Source: an archaeon
GTDB lineage: Archaea; Undinarchaeota; CAZHTU01; JBDRCC01
Direction: 5' to 3'
DNA length: 64,000 nt
Assembly (NCBI GenBank): GCA_043822065.1
Contig: JBDRCC010000020.1
Span: forward strand, 64,001-128,000
This document shows positions 8,202-17,168 of this stretch, in pieces (position 1 is the first letter of the stretch; each line of letters opens with the position of its first letter). The notes under the pieces were generated by a model, which saw nothing but the letters and a program-made list of their open reading frames with translations, made no database searches and was not told the DNA's origin. The translations under genes were made by a program, and so were the position numbers.

Positions 8202-8318
8202 TGGGCCTGACCGGATTTGAACCGGTGACCACCTGATTTCCACCCCTTTTCATTTTGCTTCCGGCTTTCTGAAAAGGCGATATCAGTCAGGCACTCCACC
8301 AGGCTGAGCTACAGGCCC
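8202..8318 (-). tRNA. tRNA-Ile(GAU) with 43-nt intron (8238-8280)
   Basis: Acceptor GGGCCTG/CAGGCCC, A73, anticodon stem CCTGA/TCAGG with loop CT-GAT-A^A, T arm ACCGG-TTCAAAT-CCGGT. Confidence 0.93.
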
Positions 8319-8395
8319 GTGCGGATAATAATGCCTGCTGCAGATTTTAAAGATTTCCCTTCGACAGGTTTATCAATTGCGCAAACAAAGCTTAA

Positions 8396-8460
8396 TGGGC
8401 GATGAAGATGCTGCCCCAGGCTGATACCAGATGATGACCGGATGGTAGCTACAGAGCCCA
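8396..8460 (+). ncRNA. Box C/D guide sRNA, predicted to direct 23S rRNA Gm2251 (E. coli numbering)
   Basis: Terminal stem TGGGC/GCCCA; C ATGAAGA 8402-8408; guide TGCTGCCCCAGG; D' CTGA 8421-8424; C' ATGATGA 8431-8437; guide CCGGATGGTAGCTA; D CAGA 8452-8455; TTTATCAA TATA-like box upstream. Confidence 0.85.
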
Positions 8461-8486
8461 CAAACTCAAAATTTAGAATCCTGCCA

Positions 8487-8873
8487 TTAGCAGTGCGTTA
8501 TCCTCTTCTTTTCGCAGATCACGTTGGTTATTGCAGTTAGGAGCGGGCTTATTACTAAGTGCTCCAGCTTGGCGTACTCCTTGCGGTCAGCTGATATCAT
8601 GGCTGTTCGCTTCACCTTTGCAAATACGAACGTCGACGCACACATAATTGCATCTGCATAGCACCTGAGGTATGCGTACGCGCCTATGTCCTCCTCAACC
8701 TCCTTCTCGTGAGAAATGACCTTTATAGTATTCTCCGCAATTGTGCTGAAGCCAAAAAACTTGTCTACCCAGGCTTCTGCTTCCTCCCACTTGACCTTAT
8801 GGTCCTTCTCCACGGCCGCCTTTAGCCCCTTCTTCAGCTCCTCAACTATCTTTGCTGACTCATACTTTGCCAT
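8487..8873 (-). CDS. Hypothetical protein
   Basis: 128-aa ORF with TTTAAAT box upstream on the minus strand; no family recognised. Confidence 0.6.
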   Translation of the reverse strand: MAKYESAKIVEELKKGLKAAVEKDHKVKWEEAEAWVDKFFGFSTIAENTIKVISHEKEVEEDIGAYAYLRCYADAIMCASTFVFAKVKRTAMISADRKEYAKLEHLVISPLLTAITNVICEKKRITHC

Positions 8874-8908
8874 GGCTAGATTATCTACTGTTGACGATTT
8901 AAACCTTT

Positions 8909-9937
8909 CTAATTCAGCGGCGCCCTTTCCGCCTCAAGCCTTCCGAAGGTCGGGTACTCCTCGACAATGAAGGCTTTCTCCGCAATCTTCCCTGCAAGCC
9001 GCCTTGCTATCGTTTCAGACGCCTCAATCTGCCCCTTCTCCGAATCAAAGACAAAATACTCCGGCGACAGCGAGAACTTTTTCAGGAGCCGCCGGTGCGC
9101 GGCAGCATCCCCCTCAATTACGCCCTTTAGCAGGAGGCCTTCGCTGGTTTCCTTTTCATACTTCCGCCTGACGTTCTTTGCTGTCCTCTTCAGCCTGTTT
9201 CTGAACTGGATGTGGTCCTTCAGCTCAGACGGGCACAGGTGCGCAGGGACCTTGCCATCAGCGTACTCCAGGATTTTCATTCCGAGCTCAATCGAGCCCT
9301 TGATGCCGTACGAGAGGTCGTTCTTCTGCTCAAACCCCCTCGCCATCATCGCGTCCGAATTCGAGTCTGAATACTCCAGCTCGTTAAGGTTCAGGAAGTC
9401 AGCCCTTCCAGCTATCCTATCCACAGCCGCGAGTAGCTCCTTGTCGGTCCCAGGAATCAGCGGCACCTCGACGCCGACCGACATCGAATACTCCTTTCTG
9501 TCCGGCAGGTTCTCCGCCTTGTGGAACCTTATCTCGTCAAGCTCGGCGCGGTCAAGCTTCCTAAGCCTCTCAGGCGAAGCCAGGCCTCCGTAGGTGTAAA
9601 GGTGGAGGTGGAACTTGTGGCCGAAGTTATCCTTGAACAGCCTGACGCTTTCAAGAAGCCGGTCAAACCGCAGGAAAGGCTCGCCACCGGTTATCGACGC
9701 GCCTTCGGCTGACTGGCGCTTAGCCTCCTCGAAAATGTCCTCGTCCGACCTAACCTCCCTTTCATTCGCCCAGGTGATATCCTTTCCCTTCCTCTTTTCG
9801 GATATTGGGCAGTACCAGCACTCAGACTGGCAAATTCCCGTCAGAAACAGGACGAGCTTCGAGCCGCGGATGCAGAGCTCGCAGCCGCGCGCAAGCTTTC
9901 CGCTTGCAAAAGAGTTTCCCATTGTCTCCTTTATCAT
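8909..9937 (-). CDS. Radical SAM protein (COG2108-like)
   Basis: GCELCIRGSKLVLFLTGICQSECWYCP (CxxxCxxC), ITGGEP, HLHLYT, LDEIRFH, FLNLNELE; ATGA overlap with upstream gene. Confidence 0.9.
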   Translation of the reverse strand: MIKETMGNSFASGKLARGCELCIRGSKLVLFLTGICQSECWYCPISEKRKGKDITWANEREVRSDEDIFEEAKRQSAEGASITGGEPFLRFDRLLESVRLFKDNFGHKFHLHLYTYGGLASPERLRKLDRAELDEIRFHKAENLPDRKEYSMSVGVEVPLIPGTDKELLAAVDRIAGRADFLNLNELEYSDSNSDAMMARGFEQKNDLSYGIKGSIELGMKILEYADGKVPAHLCPSELKDHIQFRNRLKRTAKNVRRKYEKETSEGLLLKGVIEGDAAAHRRLLKKFSLSPEYFVFDSEKGQIEASETIARRLAGKIAEKAFIVEEYPTFGRLEAERAPLN

Positions 9938-10959
9938 TTGGGAACGCTTTCGAGTGCCCTTGCAACGAGCTTCGCCGCGTCCTCGACGTCCTTCATGGAC
10001 ACGACCTCGACCGGCCCGTGCAGGTACCTCTCCGGCACGCTTACGACGGCAGTCCGCACCCCGCACTTTGTTAGCTGGATCATGGTTCCGTCGGTCGCGC
10101 CGCCGTCCCCGACCTCAAGCTGATATTTTATCTTGTTCCTCTTTGCGACTCCGATAAGCCAGTCGACCAGCTTCCTGTCTGCTACGGTCCCCCTGCCGCC
10201 TGCCTCGACGTAGGTGAATGAAGGCCCGCCGTTCAGCTTTACAGGCACATCCTCGCCCTTGACATACGGGTAGTCCCCTGCGGTTGTCGTGTCGAGGACA
10301 ATCGCTATGTCCGGATCAATGCCAAATGCGGATGTCCTCGCGCCCTTTGAGCCGATTTCCTCCTGCACGCTTGCTACGGCGTATATCTCGTTCTTGCTCT
10401 TCGTCATCTGCATCGCTTTTATCATGACTGCAAGCCCGGCGCGGTTGTCGAGCGACCTCCCTGTGACAAAATCATTGTGCATCTCTGCGAACTCCATGTC
10501 AAAGACTGCGTAGTCCCCGATTGAAACGAACTTCTCAGCCTCCTTCTTGTCCTTGAAACCGGCGTCGATGTACATCTCCTTTGCCTTCATGACCTTCTTC
10601 TGTTCGTCCTCCTCAAGGAGATGTGGTGGTTTCGCGCCGATTACTCCTACCATAGTCGTCTTCCCGAGGATTTTCACCCTCTGGCTCACGAGCGTCCTGT
10701 CGTCTATTCCGCCCATCTTGACGAACTTCAGGAATCCGTCGTCGGTTATGCTTTTTATTACCAGCCCTATCTGGTCCATGTGGGCGTCAAGCATTACTGC
10801 GGGCTTGGAGCCCTTCCTGTGGCATATTATGTTCCCGAGGACATCCTCCTTGATGTCGTCGCAGCAGCCCTTGAGCTCCTTTCTGACTATTTCGCCTACC
10901 TCATTCTCGCTTCCGGAAGGTCCGTTTGCATTTGAAATCTTTCGAAGAAGGTCTTTCAT
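9934..10959 (-). CDS. M42 family aminopeptidase (TET-like)
   Basis: GPSGSE, DAHMDQIG, LDNRAG, VQEEIG, TDG, RYLHGPVE. Confidence 0.93.
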   Translation of the reverse strand: MKDLLRKISNANGPSGSENEVGEIVRKELKGCCDDIKEDVLGNIICHRKGSKPAVMLDAHMDQIGLVIKSITDDGFLKFVKMGGIDDRTLVSQRVKILGKTTMVGVIGAKPPHLLEEDEQKKVMKAKEMYIDAGFKDKKEAEKFVSIGDYAVFDMEFAEMHNDFVTGRSLDNRAGLAVMIKAMQMTKSKNEIYAVASVQEEIGSKGARTSAFGIDPDIAIVLDTTTAGDYPYVKGEDVPVKLNGGPSFTYVEAGGRGTVADRKLVDWLIGVAKRNKIKYQLEVGDGGATDGTMIQLTKCGVRTAVVSVPERYLHGPVEVVSMKDVEDAAKLVARALESVPK

Positions 10960-10998
10960 CTAAACCACCGAAAAGTGAAAGGGGGAGGTAGATTTAAA

Positions 10999-11529
10999 CT
11001 ATTTGGTCAGCACTATTATGTCAAGAGTCTTTGCCGGCGCCCTGTTTTTTATGAGGACATAAAAATTATCGTGGAGCCTGACGTATTCCTCCACCGTGAA
11101 CCCGGACAGCTCAGCCATCTTGCGCGCAGTCCGCATCAGGTCTGCCTCTTTCCAGCCATATGCATCGACGCACAGAAGTATCCTCGCGTCCTTCTTGAGG
11201 TAGGGCTTGAGCGGGACTACCATCGCAACCGCGCCGTCAACATTGAGCGGGACTGTCGTCACGACCGCACTGAGGCTGTCGTCCTTGAATACTGCCGGAT
11301 CTATCCGCCTTATGTTTTGCGGGGTTATCCTCAGATTCGGGTTATCCTTCTCGAGCGCCCTGACTGCCGCAGGAATTTTCTGCTCTATGTCTATGAGGTA
11401 AACAGTCGCGCACTTGTCGATGCAGTACTCAACAAAGTTTATGTCCGCCCCTATCACGGCTGCCCGGGGTAGGTCTTTGAAAATTCCAAACCTCTTGTCA
11501 AGGTCCGCTATTGATTCAAATTCTGCCAT
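10999..11529 (-). CDS. Degenerate class I methyltransferase-fold (fibrillarin-like) protein
   Basis: AAVIGAD, VYLIDI, PYLKKDARILL, SGFTVEE pattern; TAATG coupling to tfe stop. Confidence 0.55.
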   Translation of the reverse strand: MAEFESIADLDKRFGIFKDLPRAAVIGADINFVEYCIDKCATVYLIDIEQKIPAAVRALEKDNPNLRITPQNIRRIDPAVFKDDSLSAVVTTVPLNVDGAVAMVVPLKPYLKKDARILLCVDAYGWKEADLMRTARKMAELSGFTVEEYVRLHDNFYVLIKNRAPAKTLDIIVLTK

Positions 11530-12005
11530 TAGATGAGGGTCTTTATCTGCTTCCTTATCTGCTTGATGTCCTTTATGTTGTCGTAATGCACGAGCTGCTT
11601 CTGGCACATCGGGCACTTGAACTGGGACTCAAGCGCGGAGGTGTATTCCGTCCTGACGCAGCCGTCGATGCACTGGAAGAAGTGGTTCTTCTCCTCGAAC
11701 TGGAGCCTTTCGTTCAGGGTGTCAAAGGTCCTTGAGCCCTCCATTCCGATGAACTTGTCCACCATCTCCGGGTTTATCCTCCAGATGTAGTTGTACCAGC
11801 CCGACCTCTCCTTTTCCTTGCGGTAGGTGATAATCCCCTTGGTGTGCATCTCGTTGAGCACGCGCCTTATGGTGTTCGGCCGTATCCGCATCTTCTCGGC
11901 AATCTTCTGGTCGGTTATCTCGCCCTTTGTAAGTATCTTGAGGATTTTTATTGAGTCCTCGTCGAGAATCGTATTTAGCTTTGTGAACTGAACTCGTGAT
12001 ATCAT
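11529..12005 (-). CDS. tfe: Transcription factor E (TFIIE alpha)
   Basis: Winged helix ITDQKIAE..IRRVLNEM..SGWYNYIW; Zn ribbon FQCIDGC..FKCPMC. Confidence 0.92.
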   Translation of the reverse strand: MISRVQFTKLNTILDEDSIKILKILTKGEITDQKIAEKMRIRPNTIRRVLNEMHTKGIITYRKEKERSGWYNYIWRINPEMVDKFIGMEGSRTFDTLNERLQFEEKNHFFQCIDGCVRTEYTSALESQFKCPMCQKQLVHYDNIKDIKQIRKQIKTLI

Positions 12006-12223
12006 TACTATCTCTTGCAATTTTGAAGCATATAAACTTAACGATTCATATCCTGAAAATTCACTTCTTAGCAGTGGTAACGGATTTTTTCTATGTTCGG
12101 AATTCAAACTTTTTACAAAAGCCCCCAAATAGAAACCTTTTTATAGTAGTTCTGTTGTATCTTACTCCACTTTCGGGGTTTTCAAATCCTGATGAATTAG
12201 TTTAAACTAGAGGTGATTAGACA

Positions 12224-13879
12224 ATGGTAGCACAAACAGGCGGTCAGCCGGTTTATGTTCTTCCGGAGGGCGGGCAGAGGATACTCGGCCGTGACGCCCA
12301 GAGGATGAACATCCTGGCTGGCAAAATAGTTGCAGAGACTGTTCGTTCGACTCTTGGCCCTAAAGGGATGGACAAGATGCTCGTCGACAGCCTAGGTGAC
12401 GTCGTAATAACGAACGACGGAGTGACAATTCTCCAAGAGATGGACATCGCCCACCCGGCCGCAAAGATGCTGGTCGAGGTTGCGAAGGCGCAGGATGAGG
12501 AGGTCGGCGACGGAACGACCACCGCAGTCATCTTCGCAGGCGAGCTCCTGAAAAAGGCAGAAGAGCTCCTCGAGCAGAACATCCACCCGTCCGTGATAAC
12601 GAAGGGGTACAGGGTGGCGAACGACGAGGCGCAGAGGCTCCTTCAGGGCATAGCCCAGAAGATAAACCCAAGCGACAAGGGGATTCTCGAGAAAATCGCG
12701 ATGACAGCGATGACCGGGAAGAACGCGGAGCGGGCGAAAGATTCACTCGCAAAGCTCGCAGTGTCTGCGGTCCTGCAGGTCGCGGAGACTTCCGATGGAA
12801 AAATCGAGGTTGACGTCGACAATATAAAGCTCGAGAAGAAGGGGGGCGGAAGCATTGACGACTCCGAACTCATTCAGGGAATCGTCATAGACAAGGAGCG
12901 CGTCCACCCGGCAATGCTGAAGAAGGTCGAGAACGCAAAAGTTGCCCTTATCGACACGGCAATCGAGATAAAGGAAACCGAGACCGACGCCGAGATAAGG
13001 ATAACTGACCCGGAGCAGCTCAAGGCATTCCTCGCAGAAGAGGAGAACATGCTTAAGCGGATGGTCGACAAGGTCAAGGCATCCGGCGCAAACGTTGTCT
13101 TCTGCCAGAAGGGCATTGACGACATGGCGCAGCACTTCCTGTACAAGGCAGGAATCTTCGCGGCAAGGCGCGTCAAGAAGTCCGACATGGAGAAGCTTGC
13201 CCGTGCGACAACCGCGAAAGTCGTAAGCAACCTCGACGACCTGGAGGCAAAAGACCTAGGCTACGCAGGCCTCATCCAGGAGAAGAAGATAGGCGGAGAC
13301 GCCATGATCTTCGTCGAGAAATGCAAGGACCCGAAGGCCGTAACGCTGTTCATACGCGGCGGCACCGAGCACGTGGTTGACGAGGTCGAGAGGGCAATGG
13401 AAGACGCAGTCGGCGGTGTTGCCTCCGCAATTGAACTAGGGCTGGTAGTCGCAGGCGGCGGAGCAGTCGAGATTGAGGTAGCCAAGAAGCTCAAGCAGTT
13501 CTCAGAGAAGTCAAAGGGAAGGGAACAGCTTGCGATTATGGCCTTTGCCGAGGCGCTTGAAGTCGTGCCGAGGACACTGGCTGAGAACGCTGGGCTCGAC
13601 CCGATTGACAAGCTGGTCGCCCTAAGGAGCGCCCACGAGAAGCCAGAGAACAAGTGGTACGGGCTTGACGTCTTCACAGGCGAAGTCGTTGACATGTACA
13701 AGGCAGGCGTCATCGAGCCGCTGAAAATAAAGACCCAGGCGGTCAAGTGTGCCTCAGAAGCGGCTGAAATGATTTTGAGGATAGACGACGTTATTTCCGC
13801 AAGGGAGCTCGGCAAGAGGGACGCCGGCGGCGGAATGCCCAGAATGCCCGGTGGAATGGGCGACATGGGGGACATGTAA
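12224..13879 (+). CDS. ths: Thermosome (group II chaperonin) subunit
   Basis: [30 protein letters not shown] tail; SD GAGGTGA at 12210-12216. Confidence 0.97.
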   Translation: MVAQTGGQPVYVLPEGGQRILGRDAQRMNILAGKIVAETVRSTLGPKGMDKMLVDSLGDVVITNDGVTILQEMDIAHPAAKMLVEVAKAQDEEVGDGTTTAVIFAGELLKKAEELLEQNIHPSVITKGYRVANDEAQRLLQGIAQKINPSDKGILEKIAMTAMTGKNAERAKDSLAKLAVSAVLQVAETSDGKIEVDVDNIKLEKKGGGSIDDSELIQGIVIDKERVHPAMLKKVENAKVALIDTAIEIKETETDAEIRITDPEQLKAFLAEEENMLKRMVDKVKASGANVVFCQKGIDDMAQHFLYKAGIFAARRVKKSDMEKLARATTAKVVSNLDDLEAKDLGYAGLIQEKKIGGDAMIFVEKCKDPKAVTLFIRGGTEHVVDEVERAMEDAVGGVASAIELGLVVAGGGAVEIEVAKKLKQFSEKSKGREQLAIMAFAEALEVVPRTLAENAGLDPIDKLVALRSAHEKPENKWYGLDVFTGEVVDMYKAGVIEPLKIKTQAVKCASEAAEMILRIDDVISARELGKRDAGGGMPRMPGGMGDMGDM

Positions 13880-13888
13880 ATTTACAGT

Positions 13889-13921
13889 GAGGGGGCTCAC
13901 GCCCCCTCTCCCACTTTTTTT
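13889..13921 (+). terminator. Hairpin plus T-tract terminator
   Basis: GAGGGGGC-TCAC-GCCCCCTC followed by T7. Confidence 0.7.
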
Positions 13922-13959
13922 ATAGGAAAGGTTTTATAGCCAGGAATTATTCCTGTTGC

Positions 13960-15240
13960 ATGGTTTACTTCAACCAGCTAAAAGGTTGCCCTATCCTAGA
14001 TGCGAAAGGGAAAAAGCTTGGCACTGTAAAGGACTTCATCTTCCTTGACGGCAAAAATTATGCCGAGGTGACCCACATAGTCTACACTGACGAGGAAAAG
14101 GTCGCAAAGAAAATACCATGGCGCCTTGTCGGGGGGCTTGTTGATGAGGCACACCCTAAGCGGGTCAGCATAGCAATCAATCTCACCCTCTCTGCGGAGG
14201 ACATAACGCCGTTTCTCCCGAAAAAAGGCGACCTATTCGTGAGCGCAATCATAGACAAGCAGGTCGTCGACGTCGACGGCGTCAAGGTTGTCCGCGTCAA
14301 TGACATAGTCCTGGGCAAGGTAGACTACAAGTTCTGCGTAGTCGCGGTCGCCGTAGGGATGGCAAGCCTTGCCATGCGGCTCGGGCTCCAGACAAGCTCA
14401 GACTCAAACTTTCCGAGCAAGACTGAGCGGATAATACCCTGGAAATCAGTCCAGCGGCTTGAGCCGGACCTGCACGACCTCCATTTGAGCGTCCAGAAGT
14501 CCAAGATTGAGCACCTCCACCCCGAGGACATCGCAGACCTTATGGAGGACCTGACCCCGAACCAGAGGATACTTGTCTTCTCAACCTTGGATGAAAAAAA
14601 GGCGGCAAAGACGCTATTGGGCGCGGAGGATAACGTCCGTGACACCGTACTGAAGAGCCTTAAGCGGGACAGGATACTTGACATTTTAGAATCGATATCC
14701 GAGGACAAGTCAGCTGACGTCCTAAGCCTGATGACTAAATCAGAGCGCGGCCGCATGCTTAATGCAATGAAGCCTACTATAAGGAAAAAAGTAATGGATA
14801 TCCTGAAGTACCCCGAAGAGTCAGCCGCGGCGATAATGACGACCGAGTTCATTTCAGTCCCCGAGAGCTACACCGTGATGCAGACGCTCCAGCTTTTGAG
14901 AAAGAGGCAGCCGAAGTTCAAGTTCTATTATGTTTACGTCCTCAACAAGTCAGGCCAGCTCGTCGGCGTCCTCGGGCTGAGAAACCTCCTCCTTGCCAGG
15001 CCGTCTGTGCCGATAGCCTCCATTATGAACAAGCAGGTGATACACGTCAAGCTCGACACTCCGAAGGAGAGCATAGCAAAGGCGATTTCTAGGTATGAGC
15101 TTTCCTCGGTCCCTGTTGTCGACAACTCAAACGTCCTCAACGGCGTCGTAAGGGCGTATATGGTCGTTGAGAGCATAATCCCAAAGAAGTGGAAACGGGA
15201 GCGGTATCATCCCCACACCCTGAAGCACAAAGCCGCATAA
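13960..15240 (+). CDS. PRC-barrel / MgtE-N / CBS soluble protein (no TM domain)
   Basis: GKKLGTVKD and IDKQVVDVDG.KVVRVND PRC repeats, LHPEDIADLME, YPEESAAAIMTTEF, CBS pair. Confidence 0.85.
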   Translation: MVYFNQLKGCPILDAKGKKLGTVKDFIFLDGKNYAEVTHIVYTDEEKVAKKIPWRLVGGLVDEAHPKRVSIAINLTLSAEDITPFLPKKGDLFVSAIIDKQVVDVDGVKVVRVNDIVLGKVDYKFCVVAVAVGMASLAMRLGLQTSSDSNFPSKTERIIPWKSVQRLEPDLHDLHLSVQKSKIEHLHPEDIADLMEDLTPNQRILVFSTLDEKKAAKTLLGAEDNVRDTVLKSLKRDRILDILESISEDKSADVLSLMTKSERGRMLNAMKPTIRKKVMDILKYPEESAAAIMTTEFISVPESYTVMQTLQLLRKRQPKFKFYYVYVLNKSGQLVGVLGLRNLLLARPSVPIASIMNKQVIHVKLDTPKESIAKAISRYELSSVPVVDNSNVLNGVVRAYMVVESIIPKKWKRERYHPHTLKHKAA

Positions 15241-15241
15241 A

Positions 15242-16495
15242 ATGAGCTTTATCCAAAAAATAAACATAAAGAATATAGTCTTTATGCTAGGCATCATCGG
15301 GCCTGGCATAATCACCGCGACGGTCGACAACGACGCCGGCGGAATCACGACCTACTCAATCGCCGGCGCGCATTTCGGCTATTCCCTTCTCTGGACACTG
15401 ATTCCGATAACAATCCTCCTTATAATAGTCCAGGAGATGTGCGCAAGGATGGGTGTCGTCACAGGCAAGGGGCTTTCAGACCTCATACGCGAGAACTTCG
15501 GCGTCAGGATAACGATGTTCATTATGGCAGGGCTGATCTTTGCAAACGTGTTCGTCACAGTCGCCGAGTTTGCCGGCATGGCTGCAGTCGGGGAGATGGT
15601 CGGGATAAGCCGGTACGTCATAGTGCCGCTGGCGGCATTCGCAGTGCTCCTGCTTACGGTCAAGCTCAATTACCGGGCGCTCGAGAAGATATTCCTGGTG
15701 ATGACAGTATTCTATGTCTCCTACATCATCTCCGGCATCATGTCCAAGCCTGACTGGGGATTTGTAATACAGCAGACCTTTGTCCCGTCATTCAGCTTCG
15801 AGCCAGCCTACCTCATTCTCCTCGTCGGCGTAATCGGCACAACAATCACCCCGTGGATGCAGTTTTACCTACAGTCCTCGATAGTTGAGAAGGGAGTAAA
15901 AGTCAGGGACTACAAGTACTGCAAGTGGGACGTTATCCTTGGATGCATCTCTACCGACGTCGTCTCATTTTTCATAATCGTCGCCTGCGCGACAGTCCTT
16001 TTCCCGCAGGGGATAAGAATCGACAGCGCGGTCGAGGCTGCAAAGGCGCTCCAGCCGCTCGCCGGCGAGTACGCCTACCTCCTGTTTGCGCTCGGCTTTT
16101 TCGCTGCGGCGTTCTTCGGGGCATTCATCCTGCCCATCTCCACTTCCTTCTACGTCTGCGAGGCGTTCGGCTGGGAGTCAGGGGTTAACAAGAAGTTCCG
16201 CCAGGCAAGCGGCTTTTACACCCTCCTTGCCCTCATCATAGGCATTGGCGCAGGCGTGATACTCATCCCAGGCATGCCTCTGATTACGATAATGCTCATG
16301 GCCCAGGTAATCAACGGCGTCATACTCCCGTTCGTCCTCCTCGCAATACTGAAGCTGGCGAGCAATCCAGCTATAATGGGCGAGTATACCAACCCGCCCT
16401 GGCTGAACGCGGTCGCCTGGGCAAGCTGCATTATAATAATGATAATCAGCATACTGATGGTGCTCACAACCCTGAACCCGGCACTCCTCTGGTGA
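15242..16495 (+). CDS. Nramp-family divalent metal (likely Mg2+) transporter
   Basis: GPGIITATVDNDAGGITTYS, QEMCARMG, GTTITPWMQFY. Confidence 0.9.
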   Translation: MSFIQKINIKNIVFMLGIIGPGIITATVDNDAGGITTYSIAGAHFGYSLLWTLIPITILLIIVQEMCARMGVVTGKGLSDLIRENFGVRITMFIMAGLIFANVFVTVAEFAGMAAVGEMVGISRYVIVPLAAFAVLLLTVKLNYRALEKIFLVMTVFYVSYIISGIMSKPDWGFVIQQTFVPSFSFEPAYLILLVGVIGTTITPWMQFYLQSSIVEKGVKVRDYKYCKWDVILGCISTDVVSFFIIVACATVLFPQGIRIDSAVEAAKALQPLAGEYAYLLFALGFFAAAFFGAFILPISTSFYVCEAFGWESGVNKKFRQASGFYTLLALIIGIGAGVILIPGMPLITIMLMAQVINGVILPFVLLAILKLASNPAIMGEYTNPPWLNAVAWASCIIIMIISILMVLTTLNPALLW

Positions 16496-16535
16496 TTTAG
16501 AAAGGTTTAAATAAACGGGTGGCTTTGATTACTTC

Positions 16536-17162
16536 ATGATACAAGAAGACGAGGAGATATACGAATTAGTCGCAACCGATCCCCTCGAAAAGCTGAAGGC
16601 AAAGGGCGGCGAACTCGAGAAAGAGATTGACGCAATCAAAGAAATTCTAAAGGACACAGTTACCATATCAAAACTCAACGCCAGCGCGGAGGAGCTTGTC
16701 AGCAAGCTCATCGACATGGTGAAGCTCAGCCAGGACATGACGCGGAGCGTCTCAAAGAGCAACGAGGACGTGTCCCGCCAGATAAACAAGAGCATCCAGG
16801 AGATGCGGGACAGCAACAGGGAGCTCAGCCAGAAGCTTGACGCCCTCCTTGAATTCTTCGCCGAGGCAGGCGAGAAGGAGGAGATTGAGCGGAGCGAGAT
16901 TGAGTCCGACATGCAGAAAGTATTATCACAGGTCTCCAGCAAGATAGACAACCTAGTCAGGAGCAACCAGGAAATCAGCAGCAAGACTAAGGAGCTTGAG
17001 TTTAAGATGGAGGACCTTTCAAAGAAAAAGCACGTGCTAAGGCCAGCGCCGTTGCCTTCCGTGATGGAGCAGCCGGCGTTCCCAAAGCCGGAGCGGCCAA
17101 TGCCGCCGCCCCTTTCCAAGGGAGGCATCCCAGCCCCAAAGCCGTTCAAGCTTGAGGATTAA
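16536..17162 (+). CDS. Coiled-coil protein with Pro-rich C-terminus, first gene of pilus locus
   Basis: Heptad-like E/K/L composition; own BRE/TATA at 16506. Confidence 0.7.
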   Translation: MIQEDEEIYELVATDPLEKLKAKGGELEKEIDAIKEILKDTVTISKLNASAEELVSKLIDMVKLSQDMTRSVSKSNEDVSRQINKSIQEMRDSNRELSQKLDALLEFFAEAGEKEEIERSEIESDMQKVLSQVSSKIDNLVRSNQEISSKTKELEFKMEDLSKKKHVLRPAPLPSVMEQPAFPKPERPMPPPLSKGGIPAPKPFKLED

Positions 17163-17168
17163 TCAAAA

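Noticed and set aside
12096-12186. TTCGG..TTCAAA motifs near the thermosome promoter as heat-shock elements
   Set aside because: Short, variably spaced and not distinguishable from background by eye
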